Shown here in pieces: positions 38,185 to 51,504 of a DNA stretch of 64,000 bases. The stretch is from NCBI RefSeq assembly GCF_964204865.1, contig NC_135259.1, positions 11,160,001-11,224,000 on the forward strand. Direction: 5' to 3'. The translations under genes and the position numbers were made by a program. The notes below the pieces were generated by a model that was given only the letters and a program-made list of their open reading frames with translations, had not been told where the DNA came from and did not search any database. Source of the stretch: Styela clava. Its lineage: Eukaryota. The stretch's first letter is position 1; each line of letters starts with the position of its first letter.

Positions 38185-40420
38185 TCTCTCGAGGTTACCT
38201 TCCTCAAATAAATATTACTCTACTGATGGAGACTTAAAATAATTTCCCAATAAATACTTTCTTGGCAGACACGAGACAATAATTAAATGATTTTTTATCA
38301 TTTATACATACATGTATTGAAAACAAATCAGTGTATCTGACGATTGCTAATTATTTTAATGATGGCTTGAAATGCTCTGTATCGATGGCAATTACGGTGC
38401 AATAGCCAGCATGAAACAAAAATACAATATTATTAAATTCTGAAACAGGATCAATGTTTTAAATATAATATCGAAAATGGCCAACCGCATTTTTAAGTGG
38501 CATATTAAGTTGAAAATAATGAAATTCGATTTCGTTTGAGTGTAATCATTAGATGCATTGCATTGGAACAAAGGTGCTCTTATATCCAGGCCGTGTCCAA
38601 ACATATCAAAATATGGCAAAACGTACCTAACAGTATATGAAACGAGAATATCGGTCAGAGACCGAAGACTTAGCGATCGGAAGTGAGGGGATCCCCCAAA
38701 ACAGCGCTCTTATTCTATAGTGACACCTTGGGTCCCATCACTAATTAAGTAATAACTCGCTAATTATACGACGTAATTATACGACCCAAAATCAATAGGC
38801 TTCTGGTCCGAGATATGATGAATGGACATGCAAAATCTGGGGCAGATTCAATTTCGCTTTCGTGAGATATCGCATGCATCTAACAGACATACATACAGAC
38901 AGACAAATATCTATCAACATTTCCACTGATTAAAATCGATCTTAACTCATTAGTATCGGTACCCGGACTGCCCTAGTCTTACTAGGTCCTGTGACAATGG
39001 TGATTCATGCGTTTTCTGCCAACGTGAATTAACATGCTAAATGATTTGACTCACAACTGCAGTATACAATAATTTACAGTGCTTTAACTTTTACAGTAAA
39101 TTACCGTATTCAGTATACACAGTGCGTCACCTGTATCGAAAAACTTCATATTCTTTCACATAGCAAGATTTCACAAAATCAAAAGGAAAGACAACCGTCA
39201 CAATTAAATTGCGTATAAAAACCGTGTTCCCATGAATAAAAATAATACTGTGAAATTTTGGATGAAATATCAGATCTCATAGGATTCATAGAAAATTTAG
39301 GAATAAATTCTCGCGAAAAATACAGTTTCCAAACACCGACAATTTCAAAGCAATTGATCCGGTAGTTGATAAGTAAAACGATGTTTTCATAACAACAAGA
39401 ACATAAAGAAAAATTCTAACAACATATCAATATAAAACGTAAAAGGTCCACTTCGTGTTCAATGAATGGAATTAGTCAATTTTGAAAATTAGGATCCGTT
39501 CTTCAAAACTGATAACTTCGTCAATAAAAAATTTTACGAAGGTTTGATTGAGTTCATACTTGCCTCAAAATGAAAAAGAAATTTGCCACTGTAAAATATT
39601 TTTACTAGTATAACCCCTTGTTGAATATTCAAGCGATTCCTTCATCAGCAACATGAATATATATATATGCTTACAAAATGTCGTACCTCGGCTTACCTCT
39701 ATGTAGTTTGTCGTATTATGTATTCATTACAGATATGAGATTTTGAATAATCAAATCACACAACCTGTTTAACGCTCTACAGTACACTAATGTTATGAAT
39801 ATCTGAAAAATCTATTCCAAATCACGGGCATAAGAGGCTTCTAAAAAGTAATAGCCCAGTCCAGCAGAGTAGAGTCCAAGTAGCAGCTTGGGGTGTCTCA
39901 TGAGCATTAAGAGTCAGAAAATAGGACTTTGCGATGATCTATTCCTAATTGAATCCTAATGAATAACGTAACACGTAAATTTTTTAGTTTCATTTCATTA
40001 CAATATTAAGTACATTCGGATAATAATACACAATAAATGCAATGGCACATTTGAGCATTATCATCGATGCTTCTATGATCTTACAACCTAGCCAAAGAAC
40101 TCGGCAAAAATGAAACTTAGGGGTTAAAAACTATATCAACGCATACCATATATATATATATATATAAATTTAATCAGTTGCCTATTTGATCACTAAAAGA
40201 TAATAATAGGTATTCCTAATACATAGATTGAAATCTTTTTTCACACATACATAAGATGGTGCATGCCCTATCAAAATATGATTTTATGTTTTAAAATATT
40301 TCTGTTGTATCCTACTTATTTGCGTGTAAAGTATGGAATGTTAAATATGAAAACGTGCCTGTGCCGAGATACGCCATAGAAAAAATGGAATAGCGAAAAT
40401 CTGAATTTAATCATGGTTCG

Positions 40421-40595
40421 TTAATTCTTACCGAGGGACATCTTTTTCTTTGATGCTGTTTTAGCTTCTTGTGTGAAAAACAAATGATTCTGCAGTATTT
40501 GGGGGAAATAGGAGTTGGCATAGCCTTGGATATCGGTGTTTTGCACTAAATGGAGTCGTACGAACAGAGGGAGTTCCTTCATTGATTGCTGTCGA
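40421..40595 (-). pseudogene. Degraded copy of the 3' end of the mucin-like exon of the 45616-51504 gene
   Basis: Aligns to 45616-45795 (EGTPSVRTTPFSAK...), with indels. Confidence 0.8.
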
Positions 40596-42552
40596 GTGAA
40601 CCCATACAAGGTCACTTAAATCAATTATACCACTGCTTTAAAACTTCAACAAACATTGGCGTTGTGAATTTATTCTACTATTAATATGCTACTAGTAAGT
40701 CCTTTATGCCATGCTTCTTATAATATTCAGCTTCAGGCACAAAGTCTTAACCTAGTTAGAAAACCAATGCAATCTAGGTAGCAGAGTTATAGGATTTTCT
40801 GACATGGGATTATTCTGACGATTTGCTTTTCAGTTATGCAGACCAGATACGTCTCGTAGGCTATAGCGAAACAATGGTAACACGCAGTCGCCATAGTTCG
40901 TTACCATGTTCAATTTTTTTAACACAACAAATAAAAAGACCAAACGAAACGGCTAAAAGCACGTTTTAAACCGAATATTTCTCAATAAATTCTCACACTA
41001 CAGTAAATTTGGCATATTTGGTACAACGTAGACATCATCATCTTATCTTTGCTAAGATTGGATGCCGCGGGGAACATGTGTGACTTCAGAATATATTTTT
41101 ACCTCTTTCGGCTTTAGCAGACGCTCAACGATTCTCTTACTCCTATCTCAAACAGGCAAAATGTATACCCGGTAAAAAGCATATTTATCCCTAAATTACT
41201 AGACTAGTTTTATCTTCTATGAAGGTTGAGAGACCAGTGGGAGGAAAATATTTAATACTATAAATCATATTGGCCTACATTTGATTAGGCCTACCATACG
41301 TCTCGTTTTAGGCGGGACAGGCGACTTTTTACGTCTCGTCCTGTTGTCCCGACCGGTAAATCGAAACTCCCGATTTGGCGTTCAGCTGGCCAGCATAATA
41401 CACGAGCATTACCTATTAGGATATTCTCGTTACTGTTGTTGCAGTGTAGCGTACCGGTAGCCTACTTACTGAAGGGAAATGCGTGATTTTGTTTGGTTCT
41501 TTGCTTATGTTAAAGCGGATAATTGGTACAACTTGTTACGTTTAAGCCCTATACGCCAGAAGGGTGCTGGTCCGTCACTTTTGCGGTAGCCTGGTAGTTG
41601 TACAGTACAAGGTAATCTTTCATCGAATTGTGCCTGCGTTGAGTTCAATTTAACATATTTAATTTGAATATCAACTACTTGTGCGATTGTGAAGTCAGCT
41701 CATTATTATATGCAAACAGGAAAACCTCCATCATTTAATTATTATCCTACCTTCGCCATTGTTTTCTTGTGCCAAATAGGCCATTGAATGCTATTGTTAC
41801 TTGGCAACCAACAACAATCAACTCTCATCTCTGCGTTCAAAGTTTGTGAAAAAGTGGAGCTTGGGGCGTTTTGGAATAACTCACAACGACTAATACCAAT
41901 ACCACACTATTTTACGATGACAATTTTTGTGTGCTGTATCTACATTGTCACTCTGATTTCCCAATTTGTGTTTTTATTTTGTTGCATTCAATATTGCATC
42001 TTCGCATTACTTGTTACCTGAGAATATTAATACGATCATATGGGTATGCATAAAGCGATTACATTGGGTAATGTATATCGAATTTCCACGATAAACTGCG
42101 GATTGTTGAGTGAAAATAACAAATAAAAATGAGTTGATGAAAATCGGTTGGCAATCGGATTAGATTTTGAATGGGATCCACTTATCTATCAACGGATTTC
42201 GTCGGATTGTAGATAGTGCGTTGCGAACAAAACATTAGTTCTTTGGGTTGTTAATCGTTGAAGACGGGTAAATTGACCTAGGTGAGACCGATATAGTTTG
42301 CGTAGTTGTTCCCTCTTGGACTCCGTGAGTGCCGAGATGGGCTTCTTCAACGGCTCGCTTTCAAGTCTCTAATTGTAACAAGTTGAATGCTTGGTTGTGT
42401 ATTACATTCTTCAATTGAAAAAAAAAACGATAAAATCAATTGCAATAAAACAGTAAAATCAACAGGTCCAGTACTAATGAGATTTATTCATAAAAGCAAC
42501 ACTGGCAACAAGTGATCAATATGTATACTTCGTGTCCAACAAACAAATTACG

Positions 42553-42663
42553 CGCTCCGAAAGTATGTGCACCAAGATAGCGCGCAACTTGATAACCCTA
42601 ACCTGGTACACATACTATGTTCAGGTTGTGCGTCATCTTGGTACACATACTTCGGGAGCACCC
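42553..42663. mobile_element. ~110-bp MITE (GCTCCCGAAGTATGTGTACCAAGAT-type TIRs) inserted downstream of receptor copy 2
   Basis: Palindromic and absent from the paralogous site near 36925. Relatives at ~57435-57502, 60287-60500 and 62035-62110. Confidence 0.75.
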
Positions 42664-42829
42664 AAAATAATAATAAAAATGGTATTTTCCATACTTTATA
42701 AGCAAAAATTATCAGTCAAGAGCAACATTCAAAATTGATCAATTACAGTTGTTGCTGAATATTTTATATATTTATTATATGACACATATTACATTCCTAT
42801 CTCGCAGCTCAAAACATCAAATGTCGTAT

Positions 42830-43936
42830 TTATAATCCAGTCGCGGCAACAGTGGAAACTTCTTTAACAGAAGTTGAGTGTTGTTGTGGCAATTGATTCT
42901 GGGAACGAATACAATTGGATATGACGAACAGAATTGATTTCCATTCTTTCAGTTCCAGAAATATTGCAACATTGTTCACGAGAGCGTTCATTTCAAATGC
43001 AGTCAACGCTATGCTTTGTGCTTTCAAGTCGGGAAATATTTTCAAACATAAAATAATTACGAAAAATGCCATAAGATCGCTCACTATGCATGAAGCAGAC
43101 AAGAAGCTTGATTTCTTTAAAATTGGAACAATGGATGAGATTTTGGAATCAAGTGCTGACTTTTGGGGGATTGGTTTCAAGTTGGAAACACTCAAATTTA
43201 CTGTACTGTAATGTGATTTAGGGTGGTTCTGATTGAATTTACTTTTGGTATTTTTAACTTTCTGACAAAGTGGAATCACAAAAAGCAACAATAGTGTTAT
43301 CTGGCCAAGGGCTACCAGTGCGACTTGACAAAAATGCATGATTCTTGTAAATGGGAACAAAATTAAAATGCATCCAATAGGCCCACCTTCTGTCTTGACC
43401 ACGTATAAGTGCATAAACATTGCATATGCATTAGTAATGACTATAGCTACCAAACAAATGGGACTCATGAAGCGGAAAAACCATTCTGGCATTCGAAGTG
43501 CACTTCTTACATTTGGTCTGGAATAGAGAATTTGTTGCCGAAACCACAAAGTAAGATACACGAAAAAAAGGCTGATGACATATACAAATTTGTATCCGAA
43601 CAATCCGACACCACACATGATGTCTTCTGTTACGTTAATATCGTTATATAACATTAACTGAATCATAGATATTCTTGGAATATACAGGATAGTTGTCGAA
43701 AACACCATTATAAATAATAAGTTGTTTTTCCCATTGGTCGTTTTTACTCTCAATCGCTTATATTTTGTACCAAACAGAATCATCGAGACCAATATCCATG
43801 TAGACACGAGAAAAGATGAAATATTCAGCACCTGGCATATGCTGAATACCCAGAGACGTATCTGAATTCCATTTGCATCGTATGCATCCTTTGTTTCATT
43901 TGTGTATCCTATGCTGCTTTCTGTGACGTTTTTCAT
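42830..43936 (-). CDS. Intronless seven-transmembrane GPCR-like orphan receptor, copy 2 (368 aa)
   Basis: Very close paralog of 37090-38184; differences concentrate in ICL3, TM6/ECL3 and ECL2. Confidence 0.85.
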   Translation of the reverse strand: MKNVTESSIGYTNETKDAYDANGIQIRLWVFSICQVLNISSFLVSTWILVSMILFGTKYKRLRVKTTNGKNNLLFIMVFSTTILYIPRISMIQLMLYNDINVTEDIMCGVGLFGYKFVYVISLFFVYLTLWFRQQILYSRPNVRSALRMPEWFFRFMSPICLVAIVITNAYAMFMHLYVVKTEGGPIGCILILFPFTRIMHFCQVALVALGQITLLLLFVIPLCQKVKNTKSKFNQNHPKSHYSTVNLSVSNLKPIPQKSALDSKISSIVPILKKSSFLSASCIVSDLMAFFVIILCLKIFPDLKAQSIALTAFEMNALVNNVAIFLELKEWKSILFVISNCIRSQNQLPQQHSTSVKEVSTVAATGL

Positions 43937-45615
43937 TCTCTTAAAGTTACCTTACTCAAATAAATATTACTCTACTGATGGAGAGAAATAATTTCCCAAT
44001 AAATACTTTCTTGGCGAACACGAGACAATGATTAAATGAATTTTTATTATTCATACATACATGTATTAGAAACAAATCAGTGTATCTGACGATTGCTAAT
44101 TATTTTAATGATGGCTTGAAATGCTCTGTATCGATGACAATTACGGTACAATAGCCACCATTCGAAAAAAATACAATATCATTAAATTCTGAAACAGGAT
44201 CATTGTTTTAAATATAATATCGAAAATGGCCATCTGCATTTTCAAGTGGTATATTAAGTTAAAAATAAAGGAATTCGATTTCGTTCAAGTGTAATCATTA
44301 CATAATTATAATTCATTGCATTGAAACAAAGGTGTTCTTATATCCAGGTCATGTACCAAGCATATCGTTATATGCCAAAACCTACCTAACAATGTATGAC
44401 ACAAACTTCAAAAATAAGAATGAGCAAAATTATACATGAAAATGAATCTTACTGTGAATAAATGATATGTTATTGTGTAAACACTAACCATATATATATA
44501 TTAATTATGCAATAAGGGTCACTGAAGACTGTGTTTGACCTAAAATTTTGAAGTGAGTAAAAATTTGAAATATTCAAATAAATCAAAGAAAACAATGATC
44601 AGATATATGGACACGAAAGCCAAAACGAAATATTTAACCACAATTTCCCCAAACAATATATCCCGGACGTAGCTGAAACTATGAACTATCGTAACTTAAT
44701 AGTATCTGCACCCGGACTGCCTTAGCTTTACCAGGTTCTGTGATAATGATGATGCATTCGTCTTGTGCGAGCGTAAATTAAAATGCCAAATCAAAGGGTG
44801 GTCCAAGGTTGCGAGGTTGGCAGGCCACAGAAACTTTTGAGGAGGTCTTGCGGGCCGCAGTCGGAGAAAACCCAAAAGTGATCAAACATCGCGAGTTCAC
44901 TCATTTTAAATATATTTAAGAATTAAAGTCTACCGTTCTATTGAGTTTTTTAAAGAAGATATATAAAGCCTTTAGTTATTTAAAAAATTGCATCCCTAGA
45001 AATAACGTGGTATTTGCGGTATTTTTTTTCGTGTTTGGTTTTGTAATATCGCTTACAATTACATCTCATCGTCTTGGTCCTGTCTGCGGAGACAATTCAT
45101 TCTCCTTGTACCGATCACAAGACGTCATTTCCATATTGGCACCGTCTTGACGTTTATAGATACAACATCAAAATTCCGTGATTTAACAAACACCAATCTC
45201 AACATTACCTAGCTAAAGAACTCGGCAAACATGAAACTTAAGGGTTACATTTTCTGTCTAGACTCTAGAGCCATTATATTACTGCAGTACCCCACCCAGT
45301 ATCTAAAAACTTTATCGACACTTGCCCGCATTACATATATACAAAAATTTAGTCTGTTGCATATTTGGTCACAAAAAGATAATAATCGGTGTTCCCAATA
45401 CATAGATGAACACTTTTTTCAAACATATATAAGATGGTGCATGCCATATCGAAAGAGGATTTTATGTTTAAAATATTCCTGTTGTTCTAATTTTTGTGTA
45501 AAGTATGAAATGTAATATATGAAAACACATTCTTGATTTTTTCAACTGTGTCATTGTTCCGAAATACGCCACAGAAAAAATGAAATTGCGAAAATCTGAA
45601 TTAAATCATGAATTG

Positions 45616-48600
45616 TTACTTTCCCTTCTTACCGGAGGACATCTTACTTCCTTGATGTTGTTTTTTGCTTCTTGTGTGAAAAACAACTGATTTTGCAGTA
45701 GTTGGGGAAATAGGAGTTGGCATAGCTTTGGATATCGTTGGTTTTGCACTAAATGGAGTCGTACGAACAGAGGGAGTACCTTCCTTGATTGCTGTCGTTG
45801 GTTCAGACAAATAAATTTTGTTCCGGGATGTAGCGTTATTTTCAGTAACTTCTGTAGTTAACTTTACCTCTGGGGTTTCTGTCGACCGTTTTTTCTCTTC
45901 ATTGAGTTTTGAAGAGGTGGTTGGTGCTGGGCGCGTCATCTGTGATTTTTGTCTAGTTTGATTTGGGGTATGGAAGTTTTTATTTGAGGATGTAGTTGTG
46001 ATAATCGAAGAAGATGTCTGTATATTTTCAGTCGTCGTCGGTTTCGGGACCCTTGATCTAGCTGTAGGTCTTCTTTTAGGTTTTGAAATTCTGGGTCGAG
46101 TTGGCTTGGTTTTATTGTTAACAGGTTTGCGTGTAGTTTGATTTAGAAGTGGACCTTTCGATAAAACAACGGGTGTCGTTTTTGGCTTAGAAATTCTAGA
46201 ACGGCGAAAAATGGATATTTTTGGCATTGTTGGCTTACTTCTGAATAGCAGGCGTGATAATGTAGTAGTAGAAGGTGGTACCGTGGTAACGTTGAGCTTC
46301 TTTACAAAGTTTTTATATTCTTTGCGACGTATTACAGAACCAAATCGACTTTGGCCAATAACAGTAACTTGTAGTTTCACAGGCTTGTTTATCAATTTAG
46401 CAGTTTCCTCTCTATCGTTAATTGTAGAGGGCTGAAAATAAACAATATATCAAAGCTATCCTTGACACTTTGATTGTCCACTCTAAATAACGATACTTCA
46501 TTTCAGCTATTGAAATAGTTTCGTCTTTGAGTGCAGTGCACGGACCTTACTCTAAGCAAACATCTGTATATAAAGCTGTAAGAGATTGTACAATTTATTA
46601 ATTTGTTGAATAGCTGGCACCATAGATTCTTGTTGATATCATATTCAATAAACAAAACATACAATACACGTGTGAAAAAAGCACAATGTCGGGTATGATT
46701 TATCCAGAGAAATATGTTATAACTAGCAAAACCCATACAAAATACAGACAATATATTTGATATTTCTAATTCAATGTTTTTAAACTACTCACGTGTGGTT
46801 TTACTGTCAACGTCATAACATCTGATGACCGACGACCATCCATTCCAGTAACCGTTAGAATAAATTTATACGTCCCTTCACTCAAATTAACAACATTCAA
46901 ATCACGTTGTGTTGTATTCTAAAACCGTCATATTGTAAATTGTTATACTGTGGTGAAATTCCGATACATGTATTTGCATTGAATTACTGGTCGTATTTAA
47001 AAATCTAGTTTGCCAATACGATTTATTTTAAAATTAGATTATTAATATCTGATTTGGAGTTGAATTTCTGGGAGAAGGAAATTCTCTTAATTACATTTAA
47101 CTTACCGATACAGACATGCCACCAATGTCACCATATGCGATTGGGGCCCACCATCGATATCTTTTTACTGAGCCCTTTGTATTAATAGCAGAAATTGTTA
47201 TTCTGTTTTGGGGTAATGTTATTGTAATGTCTGGACCAGCATCAGCAACAGCATGAAGTAGATGAGCTGCAAGATAAATATTACTGTGAATTATTTTTTT
47301 TTGCAAAAATAATATGCAAATAATATCCGGTCCTGTACCACTCAAAAATACCCTAAACAATTAATAATTAGGGCACATAAAACGTTTGATTTTAATATTT
47401 TCTTATCGTTTTTGTCTCACTTTTACATGTTTGTCCATCTTCTTGTAGCGTATAATCTTCATAGCACTCGCAGCGAACTGATGTTTTGTTTATTGGAATG
47501 CAAATGTGATCGCATCCGCCATTAAAATCTCGACACACGGGTGCCACGTTTCGCATAGGTGTTTCTGGTATTGTCGTTGGAGCGGCAGTTGTGGCGATAT
47601 CAGGAGGTAAAGGTTCCGCTTCTTTATCTAATTACATGTTACAAAATAGAAACAAGCTGTAAAAGTATGTCTTCGATTTATCCCCTTTTAAAGAAAAATC
47701 AATTAAGCAAACAAATATCAAGCAATTTTTATCTGAACCCAAAATGCATGGTTTTAGATTACTTTAATCATTAAATTTACTTTAGATGAAAAGCATAAAA
47801 TATCCGCTTGTTCCAAAACAAACAAAAGCTCTTTAGAGAAGTGAAAATAAACAAATGACGTTAGTTTTCATTTTGCGGTTACTGGAAATAGTCGGCAATT
47901 GGTACGACGTTACATAGTTTTGACGTAACGTATTCTGTTTTTATCTGATAATGTCGTTTGGTACTATATATACAAATTTTGTAGCTTATTTTTATATATA
48001 TTAATCTATAAACTATTTCATTCTTTTGGCTGGAGCTATATATTTTTTCTAATTCTTCTTTCCTGCCAATAGCCAGGTTTTATTGTATGTCTTGGGTCCA
48101 CTGAGTGCTGACAAACTCTTTAGGGAGAATAGTTTAGGTGTTTGGCTAAACGTCATCTTTAAAATTACATTCAAATGATATTAATCTTATGTTGATTTCA
48201 GAATATGTAAATGTAGCCTAATATCATAATATGACAATAGACTTGAAGTTAAATTATATATCTGCACCAAGAGTTGACTTAAACTACTCAATATATAATT
48301 TCCTATATCTAATCACCTGTAAACAGCTACAGGTATATAAACCTAAGATGGGAACCAATATTTACCGCATCAACCCATTACTGAAAATTAAAAAAAATAA
48401 CTCACAATCCGGGGGATCCGTCAATCCACAATCCATCATACCATGATTACATCTTTCTGAATTGCAACAGCATCTACAAAAATTTGTTGGATCTTCCCGT
48501 TGAGAACAATTTGCTTTTAGTGCGCTCTAAAAATAATGCAGCTTCCCGCATGAGCTATTAATATCCTTATTGCAATTATCTATAAGATTGATAATATAAT

Positions 48601-51504
48601 GCCAATTTTCTACATGTTGAAATATTCAACCTCAAAAGCAATCTAAATGCTGGAATCATTACTAAACTAAAATATTAAATCAAACATATACTAACCTGCA
48701 GCATATTCTTTTTATTTTCATTGTATTTTTTCTTCACTCTTTTAAGAATCGATGGAGATTTTTGAAATAACTTCTCTAAACTGCCAAACTAAATACATTT
48801 CAATCGTGTTATTTTTCATGATGTATTATTGTTAGAGATAATTTTAATAACCAAGTTTAATAAGTTTGTCATTTGGATTGAGTGCCTCGTGACGAAAGGT
48901 AAAAAAGTGTAAGATAGCATTTAAATAGGCAATAGAAAGGGATTTATGTCCGAAAATAAAAATTTTCGTCAACTGGTTAACATAGGAATTTCATATTTTT
49001 TTCGTCTTTAGAGTTGATTCTTGCAATGCACAAAACCCAACGTAAATATAGATATACTGTTTATATATACTGTGACTAAAAGGATTTGAATAAAATTGTA
49101 CGTGTGATTACAACAACATTTATCATATACATATAGCAAAGATATGAATAATACTTTGATACTCACAAATTTCAGTCCTGGCATTGTTTTTAAAACCTGT
49201 TCATCAGTTAAATCACCAGTTTCAGAGTTGGCTTCTCTTTGTATTTTTATTCTTTCCTAAAAAATCAAGTGCGCATACGCATTCATAATCTATCTTGCAT
49301 ATTGTATAGCATGTAATCAATCTTTTTCTTCGTTAGAGGTGAATTATAGTTGTCGGGTGAGGACTGTTTTTCATCGGACAATAAAATCCTACACAAATAT
49401 ATTCGTTTGATTTCTTGAATGACTACTAGAATCATCGTGGAGCCAGTAGGCCAAAGAATAGATAAATAGCTGATTGTTTGAGACCTTTAAAATAAACAAC
49501 TAATATAACATCACACTTACCAAATTTGGCTTGCATACATCAGTGGAAACTTTACATCCCTTCGAAATTGAAAATCTGCCTCCAGATTTTGGCAAATATC
49601 TCACACGAGTATAACATTGCCTTTCGTTGGGTGAGCATTCGATTACTTTTGTGCATGAATCTGCATCTTTGACTCCGGTACAGGAATAACATTTTAAATC
49701 TATATCATTGATTAAAAAGTTTATTATTGGGATGGATTTTAACTAGAATGGCATAATTTCTTGAGCTTCAAACTTTTAAAATAACAAAAAATCATAAGTA
49801 TGAAGAAGGGTCATTAAACGAATAACTAAAAAACATCCAGTCAGCTTGGTCACATCTGTTATTAAAATAAACTCGCAATTTGGAAAAGAAAAAGTGCTAA
49901 ACGTCGTCGGCTTGGATGCGTACTATTGTACTATTACACTGTCTACCATCAGTATGTATTTTTAATTTAGAAAACTTACTAGTATAAGTTGGAGGACTCA
50001 TTATATGAATCCCTTTAACTCCTGCCATACGAATCTGCAGTTGATAAAGACCGTTTGACTTTAAATTGAAAGCCCGATACGATTTAATTTTCGTTCTTAT
50101 TGGTTCGTCAATTACTCTCACTTTACTTGATCCGGCATATTGAATAACCTATAACATAATTCTAATTCAATAAACTAAATAAAAACATTTGAAAATTCAT
50201 ACTAGATGCAGAGTATTGTACGTATGACAAGAAATTCAGGTCACGGTCATGCTTGGAGCTGTGTAAATAATTTATGATTTGAACTGTAATCTGTGTGGTC
50301 TCATAAACAGGTTTCGAGTTGTAGGTTCAATCGTTCCAGTACGAAAGTACATCTCTTTGATTATATCGGACCTACCACAGTATAGATACCACAAAGCTGG
50401 TCCAAGAGATAATTTATGTCAATTAGTTTACAAGTAATATTCTGTTATGTGGGCGTGAAAATTATTATAAAATATTTGTGAGAGGTGTAAGAAAACATTA
50501 ACAAAAAATGATCTGTTGAAAATGCTTATTTTCGGCCTGAACTCTCGAGCCAAATTCGAACATCCAAGTTCGAATATGGGCACTACATAAATGCAGGTTT
50601 AGACGATAACTTGAATGTATGATGATTTAAGTGTAAACAACTTCTCACTCGCCATACTTTTTTAATTACTGACATTTGGAGATTCGATAATTTACTAAAT
50701 TAAAATTGTGATTGAGATTGTTCTATTGCTTATTATATTATTATTAAAAATTACAAAAGAAAAAGATAAAATTATGGTGTGTACCTCAGCAGTATATTTG
50801 TTTTCAGGGTTTAACTGGTCTTCTAAATTCCATTCAATAGATGAAGCTGTTGTTGACAATACCTTCAAATCTGCTAATACTGAGGCTGAAAATAAAACCT
50901 CTGTTGATTTATAAGAGAAAATTTCCAATAACAGTGCGGACTGTTAATCGTACAGCCTATCTTGTTCATAATTGACAGATACGTGACAAATTAAAATTGT
51001 TTAGGAAAGTTAATAACTATGTTATATGTAAGATCAATTTACTGTATGTGCTTATACCGAACAGAACAGAAGTGTTGGAGTAAAGGAAAAGTCATTAGGC
51101 CTTCAATGATTACACAATTATAATTACCGCACGTTGATTGACGCACTCCACATATTACTAATACAAACCAGCAACATTCATCGATTACTTTGTAAATATA
51201 AACTCAATAATGGGATAGTTACCGGAAAGACTGCCTTTAAATAATACTTTCGTCCTTAAAATTACCGGAAAATTATAATTAAGTACTGAACGCGACAACA
51301 ACATTATCTGTTCCCACGATGTCAAGGATATTTGTTCTCCAATCTCTGATTTTTCAACAATTTATCCAGTCATTACATTATTCAGTAGTCGTTATTTTTA
51401 CTTATATCGATATCGTAAAATATTATTTTCACCCAAAAGTATGAAAAGTTACCTAGTAATGCAAAAGCAACAAACAGACTTGTTCCTATGTTGCCAATAT
51501 ACAT
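45616..51504 (-). CDS. Secreted mosaic protein: signal peptide, FN3, interrupted Ly6/uPAR, EGF, PKD, basic Thr/Pro-rich mucin-like tail (~715 aa)
   Basis: Exons 51504-51453, 50885-50785, 50148-49947, 49699-49521, 49256-49167, 48788-48696, 48526-48406, 47627-47421, 47266-47106, 46918-46793, 46431-45616, phase consistent. Motifs: FNLKSNGLYQLQIRM (FN3); LKCYSC..SKGC / CRCCCNSERCN (LU); NGGCDHIC..CECYEDYTLQEDGQTC (EGF); ADAGPDITITLP..LSEGTYKFILTVT (PKD). The 3' end is uncertain because of a possible donor near 45632. Confidence 0.78.

Larger units (their letters stand above)
35953..45795. repeat. Tandem segmental duplication: ~35953-40595 versus ~41777-45795
   Basis: Colinear similarity in the 3' flank (35990-36480 vs 41810-42305), the receptor ORFs, the 5' flank (38185-38640 vs 43937-44400) and 40085-40595 vs 45207-45795. 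Confidence 0.85.

Noticed and set aside
37175-43651. Short conserved ORFs overlapping both receptor genes
   Set aside because: Antisense or alternative-frame shadows conserved only because the DNA is duplicated.
43936-45640. Mosaic FN3-LU-EGF-PKD-mucin gene splicing into the downstream 7TM exon to form an adhesion-GPCR-like protein
   Set aside because: There is a possible donor near 45632, but an in-frame stop lies ~15 nt upstream of the receptor ATG, I see no convincing in-frame acceptor, and there is no GPS/GAIN motif.
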